Origin: Candidatus Andersenbacteria bacterium RIFCSPHIGHO2_02_FULL_46_16
GTDB lineage: Bacteria > Patescibacteriota > Andersenbacteria > UBA10190
DNA length: 64,000 bases
Reading direction: 5' to 3'
NCBI GenBank assembly: GCA_001817065.1
Contig: MHHQ01000029.1
Coordinates: forward strand, 4,049-68,048
The position numbers and the translations under genes were made by a program. The notes beneath the pieces were generated by a model. It searched no databases and was not told the DNA's origin. It worked only from the letters and a program-made list of their open reading frames with translations. Below, in pieces: positions 10,247 through 18,998 of the stretch (position 1 is its first letter; each line of letters starts with the position of its first letter).

Positions 10247-11140
10247 CTATTCTCCCGGAGTTGGAACAGCTAGCGCTACCCAATCCCCTGCTGTATTAGT
10301 GTCAGTTGACGAATCCGCCCGCGCAATCGATAATCCCTCTGCCACGCCTGGTACCGCCGGATCAAATGCCGCTGTGCTGCTTCCCCAACTAACCGCGTCT
10401 ACAACCACCGCACTCGCGTCCTTTAGGTACACCACGTCTCCACCAGTCGCTAATCCATTTCCGATTAGACTTCCCAACGCCACCACCGACGTTCCAGACG
10501 GAATCGTCCAGAAGCTAGTGGTCGAACTATTATTAGTGACTAACAAATATCCGTTAGCTGGTATGACCGTTCCATCTGGAAAAACATCACTCGAATTACC
10601 ATCCGCTACCACAAATCCGCTCACGTTTGCCTCCACATCGTTATTGTTTCGCACCTCTACCCACTCATTTGCCGTCTCTTCGCCATGTAAATCATCCACA
10701 TCATAATAAACTTCACTCAACACTATGTTTACTGCCGGCGTTGGTGAAGGGCTGGGACTTGGCGATGGAATAGGGCTCGGGGAAGGACTTGGACTAGGTG
10801 TTGGTGACGGACTGGGAGATGGACTGGACGAAGGCGAAATGCTTGGTGATGGATTAGGACTAGGCGATGGGCTTTGGCTTGGGGACGGCTCCGGTTCATC
10901 TGGTTCCTCCTCACAAAACGCTGGCACATTTGACCCATATCGTTCTTCGTAGCGTGTGAATTGTTTGCAGTAACGCTCCATCATACGAGCCACCTGCTTC
11001 TCGACTCTCGCTACCCATCGATTAATATAATCCCGCTTGTGTGCCCCTGCGTCATAGGCAGCTAAAGACGTTGCCGGCACCAGAAGGATAAACAACGCTA
11101 ATAATAAAATACTAAAAAACTTAGTGTGATACTTGTTCAT
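10247..11140 (-). CDS. secreted lamin-tail-domain (LTD) protein with Pro/Ser-rich linker
   Basis: Signal peptide, then about 50 aa of (SP)n linker. The C-terminal region matches the LTD pattern (VLSEVYYD...NEWVEVRN...VSGFVV.DG...IPANGYLLV). Confidence 0.6.
   Translation of the reverse strand: MNKYHTKFFSILLLALFILLVPATSLAAYDAGAHKRDYINRWVARVEKQVARMMERYCKQFTRYEERYGSNVPAFCEEEPDEPEPSPSQSPSPSPNPSPSISPSSSPSPSPSPTPSPSPSPSPIPSPSPSPSPTPAVNIVLSEVYYDVDDLHGEETANEWVEVRNNNDVEANVSGFVVADGNSSDVFPDGTVIPANGYLLVTNNSSTTSFWTIPSGTSVVALGSLIGNGLATGGDVVYLKDASAVVVDAVSWGSSTAAFDPAVPGVAEGLSIARADSSTDTNTAGDWVALAVPTPGE
10740..10900. repeat. low-complexity coding repeat (GGNGANGG periodicity encoding SPSP linker)
   Basis: Seen directly inside the LTD gene. 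Confidence 0.6.
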
Positions 11141-11320
11141 ATAAAATTGTTAATGAAAGATCTTATCTTATTAGTATACACCACACCTATTTTACACCCC
11201 AATCGTCGTTTGCTCAATTCTTACCAACCACTACAAAACATTAATGCATTACAGAAGTCGACTGTCTGTCACTCAACTAGACCACACCTCAACCTTGCGT
11301 TAATCGTCCTCGTCTTCACT

Positions 11321-12568
11321 AAGGACTCTTCCACAATTAACTTCCCCAGATATGGTACAATGTTCTCATGACCATCACCGAGCAGTACGCCACTCTTCAC
11401 CCTCGGCTCAACGAGCTCCAGTGGCGAATATACCTCGGCACCGAAGCGGCCAAGATTGGACGGGGCGGCATTAGCATCGTGGCCAGAGCGTCCGGATCAG
11501 ACCGAAAAACAATCCGCAAAGGACTCGCTGAAGTACGGCAACCGCCTCTCAATGATCGGGTGCGACAGGCTGGTGGAGGACGAAAGAGGTTGGCCGAACA
11601 AGACCCAACCCTGATTGCCGATCTGGAATCGCTAGTGGAGCCGAAGGGTGATCCCATGTCGCTGACCCGGTGGACCACCAAATCGTTGGCCAACCTTGTA
11701 TCCGCGCTAGCCGCCCAAAAACACACCATTAAAAAATCAGCCCTGGCCGAGGTGCTCGCCTCGCTTGGCTTCTCGCTCAAAGCAACCAAGAAAAACATTG
11801 AAGGGTCATCACACCCTGATCGCGACCAGCAATTTTTGCATATTAAAAAGACTTGCCAGACATTTGAGACCAAGCGCGCCCCAATTATCTCCGTGGATTG
11901 TAAGAAAAAAGAATTGATTGGCAATTTTAAAAACAATGGCCGGGAATGGCGGCCAACCGGCAAAAACACGGTGGTGAACGTCTATGATTTTAAAAATCTT
12001 GCTAATGGGAAGGCAGCGCCGTACGGGGTGTATGACGCGATCAAAAACATCGGCTTTGTTAATGTAGGCGTTGATCACGATACTGCGTCATTCGCGGTCG
12101 AATCAATCAGACGGTGGTGGCATGCGGTGGGAAAAACACTCTATGCCGGCACTCGAGAGTTGTTGATTACGTCTGACGGTGGTGGTTCAAACGGCGTCCG
12201 TAACCGGCTGTGGAAAAAAGAATTGCAACAATTTTCAAATGAAACGGGATTGGCTGTGACCGTCACGCACCTGCCGCCGGCCACCAGTAAGTGGAACAAG
12301 ATTGAGCACCGGCTGTTTTCCTACATATCCATTAACTGGCGGGCGCGTCCGCTCATCTCCCTAGAAACAATCATTGAACTCCTCTCTAGCACGACGACAC
12401 AGGCGGGACTCACGGTGACGGCCGTCGTCGACCAGAATCTGTACCCGACCGGCGTGAAAGTATCAGATGCAGACATGAGCCGGCTGAATATATCGCGCCA
12501 CGACTGGCATGGTGATTGGAACTACACCATCAATCCGCAGCTTCTGTAAGTGGGGATGTTAATTGCGG
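11321..12568 (+). mobile_element. ISAzo13-family insertion sequence (about 1.25 kb)
   Basis: Transposase ORF flanked by imperfect inverted repeats of about 22 bp: left CCACAATTAACTTCCCCAGATA at 11321-11342, right reverse complement CCGCAATTAACATCCCCACTTA at 12547-12568. No clear target duplication. Confidence 0.6.
11368..12549 (+). CDS. ISAzo13-family (DDE_Tnp_ISAZ013-type) transposase
   Basis: 393 aa. Family-typical N-terminus (EQYATLHPRLNELQWRIYLGTEAAKIGRGGISIVARASGSDRKTIRKG) and length. Recognised from memory of the family; no search was run. Confidence 0.75.
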   Translation: MTITEQYATLHPRLNELQWRIYLGTEAAKIGRGGISIVARASGSDRKTIRKGLAEVRQPPLNDRVRQAGGGRKRLAEQDPTLIADLESLVEPKGDPMSLTRWTTKSLANLVSALAAQKHTIKKSALAEVLASLGFSLKATKKNIEGSSHPDRDQQFLHIKKTCQTFETKRAPIISVDCKKKELIGNFKNNGREWRPTGKNTVVNVYDFKNLANGKAAPYGVYDAIKNIGFVNVGVDHDTASFAVESIRRWWHAVGKTLYAGTRELLITSDGGGSNGVRNRLWKKELQQFSNETGLAVTVTHLPPATSKWNKIEHRLFSYISINWRARPLISLETIIELLSSTTTQAGLTVTAVVDQNLYPTGVKVSDADMSRLNISRHDWHGDWNYTINPQLL

Positions 12569-12853
12569 ATGGGCCCTAAACGCCCCCCAGTCCTGCTCGT
12601 CATTCACTGTTTCCTTACTTATCACCTTTCCAGACCCATCTAAATGCAATTCTAGCAACGCCCCTTTATATACTACCTTCGCTACTATTTCGCTTTTGGT
12701 GCCCGGTTTAATATCAATAATATTCATCGCTGGATACTTCTGCTGTAAAGACGCACGGGCTGTTTCAAAACTCGTTAACACCGTATTCGCTGCTTTCGTC
12801 GCCGCGGTATCTGTGACTGTTGTTAAGGCTCCCACGTCGTATTTCGTCAACAA
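12530..12853 (-). CDS. PepSY-domain protein, 3' end overlapped by the IS
   Basis: PepSY-like pattern (GTKSEIVAKVVYKGALLELHLDGSGKVISKE). No signal or TM at the annotated N-terminus. The last 20 nt overlap the transposase ORF and the stop lies within the IS right IR, so the gene is possibly disrupted. Confidence 0.45.
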   Translation of the reverse strand: MLTKYDVGALTTVTDTAATKAANTVLTSFETARASLQQKYPAMNIIDIKPGTKSEIVAKVVYKGALLELHLDGSGKVISKETVNDEQDWGAFRAHPQLTSPLTEAAD

Positions 12854-13251
12854 ATTCCAAGCCCGATTAGAATGGATTGAAGCAAATATTCCGGTTACTT
12901 CCCGACCGCAGTTATTGATAATAATTCCCCGCCCGCCTGGATGCTGGTCTATATAATTACTAACATCATAAATTCTCCCTTTAATTAAAAGCTAACAATC
13001 ATTGTCTTGGCTATGCTTCGATAACTCAGTCGTCGTGATATTAACCTGACCAAAACTTTGTTGAACTTGTTGCCTTCCTAGCTTCGAACCCCCAGTATTA
13101 TTTTTTGCCAAACCCCTGTTCTCGGCGCCGATAATACCTCAGCCGCTCAAAGCATAAACTGTAAACAAGATGGTCACTATTGCAACAAACAGAATCAAGG
13201 ACACGGCCACTAGTTTCTTGATGATCTTGCCCATATTCATAACAAAAAAGG

Positions 13252-14556
13252 TCAAAGCTCAAATTCTTCTGTATAAATATCCCTTTTAGCTACACCCTCT
13301 TGCAATAACTGCATTTTTAAACTAGCCATCATTGGACCAGGTCCACAAATAAAAAACGAGGTTCCCTTTAAGCTGCCGTTAGTCAGCTCCTTGATCTTTT
13401 GCGCTGTCAGATACCCTCGCTCATCTGAAAACCATACAGTTAGTTTTAACTTTCTCATCGCCTCCTTCTCGATTGCGTATAGATCCTCCAACGCAAACAG
13501 CTCACGCTTGTTACGAACGGCAAAAAAAAGATTAATGTCATAGCCATTATTTGTTTCCGCGCGCAGGTCGCGGCTCATCCCCATAAAAGGCGTCATGCCT
13601 ATTCCCCCTCCTACCCAAACCTGTTTCCTGTGCCTGCTCCAACCGAAATTGAATCTGCCATACGGCCCTTGTACCTCCACCGCCGTCCCCGGCTTTAACC
13701 TCGCCAAAGACTGAGAAAAGACTCCTAAATCCTTCACCGTGATCTCTAAATGATCATCGTTTGATGCGGACGAAAATGAAAACGGATGACTCTCAGCTCG
13801 AACTTCCCCATTAATAAATTTGAACCAGCCAAACTGTGCCGACTGATAGCGCATAGCCTCCTGGCCAGCCACCATGACAATCCGCCAGACCGCATCATTT
13901 AACTTTTCTACCCGCTCCACCAGATACCGATATTTCTTATGCGCATTGAAAATCGAATGCCTGACATACAATACCAAAGCTACTGTCGCTAAACCAAAGA
14001 TATATGATCTTAGCCACCAATTTTGTGCGATATCACTTGGTATCAAAAATGCATGCCAGCCACCCAATAAAAAAGCTGCTGCTAAAAATTTATGTGTCAT
14101 TTTCCAAATTTGATATTCCGGCCGTAAATAAAACGTTAGGACCAACAAACTGATCATTACCAGCAGCGCCGCCCAACCTAAAAACAACACTAAGCTTGCC
14201 AACGGCCAAATTATCGCAGCTGCCGCTACCACGGACACTGGCAACACCGCCATCGCGCTAAACAACGGATGGAATAGTAACAAAATTAATGCCGTCCCGC
14301 CTAACCAATGGTGTAATATATATACTCGATTCAATCCGCCAAAATAATTTTCTAGCCAAGCCACTCTGGCACCCAATATCAGGACGAGTGAAAACAACGT
14401 CATGCCGACTAAACCGGACAACTGTGCTAAAGAAACCATGGTCGCTCCAAAGCCGCCAAATCTTACCAACCATGGTAACATGGTTGCCCAAATCATCACC
14501 GGCCATAACGCTAAAACCAATATCGCCAAGGGTCCGATTTTTTGTTTACTTACCAT
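13252..14556 (-). CDS. ferric-reductase-like transmembrane oxidoreductase with FAD/NAD(P)-binding FNR-like domain
   Basis: N-terminal six-TM region with conserved His residues, followed by an FNR-like FAD/NAD-binding module (HPFSFSS, GPYG, VWVGGGIGMTPF). Confidence 0.75.
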   Translation of the reverse strand: MVSKQKIGPLAILVLALWPVMIWATMLPWLVRFGGFGATMVSLAQLSGLVGMTLFSLVLILGARVAWLENYFGGLNRVYILHHWLGGTALILLLFHPLFSAMAVLPVSVVAAAAIIWPLASLVLFLGWAALLVMISLLVLTFYLRPEYQIWKMTHKFLAAAFLLGGWHAFLIPSDIAQNWWLRSYIFGLATVALVLYVRHSIFNAHKKYRYLVERVEKLNDAVWRIVMVAGQEAMRYQSAQFGWFKFINGEVRAESHPFSFSSASNDDHLEITVKDLGVFSQSLARLKPGTAVEVQGPYGRFNFGWSRHRKQVWVGGGIGMTPFMGMSRDLRAETNNGYDINLFFAVRNKRELFALEDLYAIEKEAMRKLKLTVWFSDERGYLTAQKIKELTNGSLKGTSFFICGPGPMMASLKMQLLQEGVAKRDIYTEEFEL

Positions 14557-14653
14557 ATTTATAAGCTCCCTTCACAATAGTGACTCCCCACCTATAAATC
14601 CAGCTGATGATGATTAAAGACAAAAAAGGCCAACACCATGAAAGCAAATATAT

Positions 14654-14917
14654 GGAGCCCCACCCCGCCGCAGGCGGGGCGGTCCCCGCGATAACGTGGC
14701 ATCCCGCCCCCTGGACGGGGTGGCGGAATCCCGCGTAGCAGCCAACTGTCAATCCCACTTGCTCCGCTATCGGCGGAGCTACCCTCCCCCTTGCTCACGG
14801 AGCTTTGAATGGCAGCGAGGGATTGTCCCATTCGCACCTTGTCGACCAAAGCCTTGGCGACGGCTGATTCATCCACCCCCGCCACCGGCGGGATGGTTTT
14901 CTGCGCAGTGGGATAAA
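14654..14917 (+). repeat. GC-rich structured repeat, family 2 copy A
   Basis: About 75% identical to 27124-27315 and 47046-47311. Conserved blocks GGCGGAATCCCGCG, CCTTGGCGACGGCTGATTCA and CTGCGCAGTGGGAT. Confidence 0.7.
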
Positions 14918-15043
14918 TCTACAACCTTTTTGCTAACGCATTCATTTCTTGTATGTATTAATTAATAACCACAGTGCGGTTGATCATCTCGGCTGTGCTT
15001 ATTTACTAATTGCTTCTGCGTGTATTTAATATAAAATTAACCG

Positions 15044-17380
15044 ATGAATGAGATACTGAGCGGCATACAAAAATACGTGCGCTGTGCTAACTACTTAACT
15101 GTTGCTCAGATTTTTTTGCAGGATAATTTCCTGCTGGAACGACCACTCCAACCTGCTGATATCAAACCTCGCCTCCTCGGCCACTGGGGATCATGTCCTG
15201 GCGTCAATTTCACCTACGCGCATTTAAACCACTTAATCAACTCCACAAAAGCCAATTTGTTGTTTGTCTTAGGACCAGGCCACGCGTTTCCGGCCATGCA
15301 AGCCAATTTATTCTTGGAAAACACACTACAGCGCTACTACCCTAAAGCTACTCACACCTCGGATGGCATTGCATATATCTCCAAGAATTTTTCCTGGCCA
15401 TATGGCTTTCCCAGCCACTGCAACCCCGGTACTCCCGGAGTAATTTTAGAGGGTGGTGAACTAGGTTATTCCCTCTCCACTGCTTACGGCGCTATTTTAG
15501 ACAACCCCGACTTAATCGTGGCCTGTCTAATCGGTGACGGCGAAGCCGAAACCGGCCCCATTAACGCCGCCTGGCATTTAAATAAATTCATCAATCCCGC
15601 CACTAACGGCGCAGTCCTTCCTATCCTCCATTTGAATGGTTATAAAATTTCTGGGCCAACCATTTTTGGCCGAATGGATAATCAAGAACTAACTGCGCTC
15701 TTCACCGGCTATGGTTATGAACCGCATATTGTCGAAGGAGATGATATCGACCAAACCATGCAAGACACCTTACAGCAAAGCTACCAAGCCATTCGTCGTC
15801 TCCAAAAATCCGCCCCAAACAATAAACCTAAGTTTCCCATGATTATCCTGAAAACCCTGAAAGGTTGGACCGGCATTAAGGAAATACACGGCAAAAAAAT
15901 CGAGGGTAATCACTTATCTCACCAAGTTGTTCTCAAAGAACCTAAGACTGACCATGAAGAACTCGCTGCCCTTGAAGAATGGCTTAGATCATACAAGTTC
16001 GAGGAATTATTTGATAAGAAATCCGGCTTTTGCACTGCAGTAACAGAGGTAGTCCCAGAGGAAAGTCTCGCCATGGGCAACAACTATCACGCATTTGGCG
16101 GCAAAAAAGTTTTCACACCACTCCAGCTTCCTCCCATTGAGCATTTTGCCGAAGATGCATCTATCCCAGGCACCATTGGTTCCAGCAGCATGCGACGAGC
16201 CGGCCTCTATCTAAATGAAGTTTTTAAACAAAACGAGCCTAACAAAAACTTTCGTTTTTTCTCCCCTGATGAAACCTACTCCAACAAGCTCGATCAAATT
16301 TTTGCTTCGACTGGTCGAGCGTTTGTCTGGCCTAGCGAAAAATGGGATGAAGACATGAGCCCCACTGGCCGCGTAATAGAAATGCTCAGCGAGCACAGCC
16401 TGCAAGGCTTAGCCCAAGGCTATGTTTTGACAGGACGACATGCCATATTTGCCTCGTACGAAGCATTTATTCAGGTCATCATCAGCATGGCCGACCAATA
16501 CGCTAAATTTATCAATGTTGCCCGGGAAATTAAGTGGCGCGGTGATTTTCCTTCTATGAATTACATCCTGACTTCCTCTGGCTGGCGCCAGGAGCATAAT
16601 GGTTTCTCTCATCAAAACCCCGGTTTTATCGACGACATGTTGCAGCGCCAAGGAAATTTTGTAAACGTATTTTTTCCCCCCGATGGCAACACTACCCTAG
16701 TCGCTCTCGATAGAATGCTGCGCTCGACCAAAGAAATAAATATTCTAGTCGCCGGTAAAACATTAGAGCCACGCTGGCTGACCCCCGCCAAGGCGGAGCA
16801 ACAGTTATCACAAGGTGTTATGACTTGGGACTTTGCCAGCGACCCTGATCCCGATATTGTCCTAGCTGCTGCTGGAGATTATTTGACCAAAGAAGCCATG
16901 GCCGCCATTAAAATTATCAAACAAGAAATCCCAGCCGCTAAAATACGCTTCGTGAACATCACCGCTCTCTCCTGCGTCGGACTTGGTCCCAACGACGCTC
17001 CCGTCACTCAAAGTATGTTTGAGGAAACTTTCACTCCCGATAAACCTGTGATCATTAACTTCCACGGCTACCCCCAGACGATCAAGCAAATACTCTTTGA
17101 CTATAGCGACAATAATTCCCGATTCACTGTCCACGGTTATATCGAAAACGGATCCACCACCACTCCCTTTGACATGCAAGTGCTCAATGAAACCAGCCGC
17201 TACCAATTAGCCATGGATGCTTTTACTGCCCTAGCCACCCAAGACGTCATTAGTCCCGCCCGGGCTGCGCAGCTTACCCGAAAATACCTGGATAAATTAT
17301 CTGACCATCATGCCTACATCAAGCAACATGGCACTGACTTACCAGAAATAAGTGATTGGCAATGGACCCAAAATATTTAA
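15044..17380 (+). CDS. xfp: phosphoketolase (xylulose-5-P/fructose-6-P phosphoketolase)
   Basis: 778 aa. TPP-dependent phosphoketolase signatures (GHWGSCPG, EGGELGYSLSTAYGA). Confidence 0.9.
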   Translation: MNEILSGIQKYVRCANYLTVAQIFLQDNFLLERPLQPADIKPRLLGHWGSCPGVNFTYAHLNHLINSTKANLLFVLGPGHAFPAMQANLFLENTLQRYYPKATHTSDGIAYISKNFSWPYGFPSHCNPGTPGVILEGGELGYSLSTAYGAILDNPDLIVACLIGDGEAETGPINAAWHLNKFINPATNGAVLPILHLNGYKISGPTIFGRMDNQELTALFTGYGYEPHIVEGDDIDQTMQDTLQQSYQAIRRLQKSAPNNKPKFPMIILKTLKGWTGIKEIHGKKIEGNHLSHQVVLKEPKTDHEELAALEEWLRSYKFEELFDKKSGFCTAVTEVVPEESLAMGNNYHAFGGKKVFTPLQLPPIEHFAEDASIPGTIGSSSMRRAGLYLNEVFKQNEPNKNFRFFSPDETYSNKLDQIFASTGRAFVWPSEKWDEDMSPTGRVIEMLSEHSLQGLAQGYVLTGRHAIFASYEAFIQVIISMADQYAKFINVAREIKWRGDFPSMNYILTSSGWRQEHNGFSHQNPGFIDDMLQRQGNFVNVFFPPDGNTTLVALDRMLRSTKEINILVAGKTLEPRWLTPAKAEQQLSQGVMTWDFASDPDPDIVLAAAGDYLTKEAMAAIKIIKQEIPAAKIRFVNITALSCVGLGPNDAPVTQSMFEETFTPDKPVIINFHGYPQTIKQILFDYSDNNSRFTVHGYIENGSTTTPFDMQVLNETSRYQLAMDAFTALATQDVISPARAAQLTRKYLDKLSDHHAYIKQHGTDLPEISDWQWTQNI

Positions 17381-18537
17381 TCGTCAATCCCGGCAGCGCT
17401 TCTAAAAAATACGCCCTCTATCAAGGTGATAAAGAAATCTACTTTGCTCACTTTGAAACGGTGCAAGATCAGCCTATTGTCACCTTCAAATCTGCAGACT
17501 CGTCGGTTAAAGACCAGATTGAACCAGCTATCTTTGCCTCCGCCGTTGACTTCTTTCTACAAAGGCTTATGACGAAAAAAATTATAACCGACCAGGCTGC
17601 CATAGCCGCTATTGGCATTCGTGTCGTCGCTCCCGGCAGCATCTTCACCCAGCATCAAATTATCGATCAGAACTATCTACAACATTTATCCGACGAGCGA
17701 GCCAGTGCCCCGCTTCATCTAAATCCTTTATTAGAGGAGCTTGAGCAATTAACCGCCGTCTTTCCAAAGCTCCCCATTGTTGGTATATCCGACAGCGCTT
17801 TTCATACCACCATCCCTGCAGCCAGCCGCCACTATGCCATCTCTTTTTCCGACACTACCCAGTTAGATCTACATCGTTTTGGTTATCATGGCATTTCCGT
17901 ACAATCCCTCCTGCCTAAAATTCAATCCTTACTCGGCCAAGTGCCGCCCCGCGTTATTGTTTGCCATCTGGGAGGCGGTGCTAGTCTTACCGCCATTCAG
18001 GACGGCAACAGTATCGACAACTCTATGGGTTATACACCGCTGGAAGGTTTAATCATGGCGACGCGCGTCGGCAACATCGATGCGGGTGCCCTTATCAAAC
18101 TGTCTCAAGCCAAAAATTTAAGTTTGACTGAATTAGAAGAATATCTAAATACTCGGTCGGGACTCCTTGGCTTGAGCGAATTAAGTGACGACATCAGAAA
18201 ATTGCTAAAGCTTGAAAATGAAAATCCTCAGGCTAAGCTAGCCCTGCATGCTTATGTTAATACCATAAAAAAGTATATTGGCGCCTACACCGCCATCCTT
18301 AACGGTTTGGATCTGCTGGTCTTCACAGCTACGATTGGCGAGCGATCAAGCATTATCCGTGCCCGCATCTGTGTCAATCTTGACGGGCTAGGCATACATT
18401 TAGATCAATCAGTTAATGACCATATAGACAGCACCAACGCTATCATTAGCACCACGGACTCGCCCGTTACCGTAGCCGTCCTTACCACCAACGAAATGCA
18501 GGCTATCGCGCAGCAAATGCGACCTTTGTTAGACTAA
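17356..18537 (+). CDS. ackA: acetate kinase
   Basis: Acetokinase N-terminus (LIVNPGSASKKYAL) and internal HLGGGAS motif. Start overlaps xfp by 25 nt. Confidence 0.85.
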   Translation: MAMDPKYLIVNPGSASKKYALYQGDKEIYFAHFETVQDQPIVTFKSADSSVKDQIEPAIFASAVDFFLQRLMTKKIITDQAAIAAIGIRVVAPGSIFTQHQIIDQNYLQHLSDERASAPLHLNPLLEELEQLTAVFPKLPIVGISDSAFHTTIPAASRHYAISFSDTTQLDLHRFGYHGISVQSLLPKIQSLLGQVPPRVIVCHLGGGASLTAIQDGNSIDNSMGYTPLEGLIMATRVGNIDAGALIKLSQAKNLSLTELEEYLNTRSGLLGLSELSDDIRKLLKLENENPQAKLALHAYVNTIKKYIGAYTAILNGLDLLVFTATIGERSSIIRARICVNLDGLGIHLDQSVNDHIDSTNAIISTTDSPVTVAVLTTNEMQAIAQQMRPLLD

Positions 18538-18670
18538 ACTAAATTCCGCGGCAACGCTCAACAAGTCTTTCCCTCGATTTAACCAATAGCCTAACTACAA
18601 ATCAAAAAACCGCCAAACCAAGTAGCGATTTTATTATCGTTTCATCAATTGTCACAATAAACAGTAGAGT

Positions 18671-18991
18671 TAGGCACCGTCGAAAAATAACTTGGCCAGA
18701 TCTCGTTCAATCTGCGCCGAGATACGGCTTTTCCAATTGCCTGCCGGCCATAGCTTTCTTGACCACCGTAGCCCTGTCTGCCGTCAGGCAAGGTTTAGCG
18801 AAGGTGGTAGCGACGGCTGGAGCGAACCAGGAGCCGTAGCCAAGCTACGGTGAGTGGTTCGCGATTGCCTGCCCCGCGCCGTGCCCATCCGTAGCCTTGC
18901 GCGAAGGAGGGTAGCCTTGGCGTAGTGGGGAGAAAAAATCGTAGATTGCATAGTGGGCGAGAGACGGTTAAGTTATTTTGAGACGGTGACT
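18671..18991 (+). repeat. MITE-like element, family 1 copy 1 (longest, about 320 bp)
   Basis: Terminal inverted repeats (GCACCGTCGAAAAATAACTTGGCCAGATCTCG / CGAGAGACGGTTAAGTTATTTTGAGACGGTGAC). Internal sequence shared with copies at 22260 and 41945. Confidence 0.7.
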
Positions 18992-18998
18992 AAAGCCG

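Noticed and set aside
14654-14917. Family-2 repeat as tmRNA, RNase P RNA, SRP RNA or a group II intron fragment.
   Set aside because: No tRNA-like acceptor/CCA end or tag ORF. No RNase P P4 or SRP domain IV consensus. No intron domain V consensus. No RT or IEP gene. Three divergent copies favour a repeat family.
14592-14965. ORFs 14592..14885(-) and 14696..14965(+) overlapping family-2 repeat A. Similar ORFs 47036..47551(+), 47149..47472(+) and 47226..47456(-) overlap copy C.
   Set aside because: They lie entirely within GC-rich repeat copies. Frames are not conserved between copies (indels shift them) and the copy-B equivalents terminate after a few codons. The poly-Pro stretch in 47036..47551 is the reverse translation of the Gly-rich tail of the real minus-strand gene 47386..48003.
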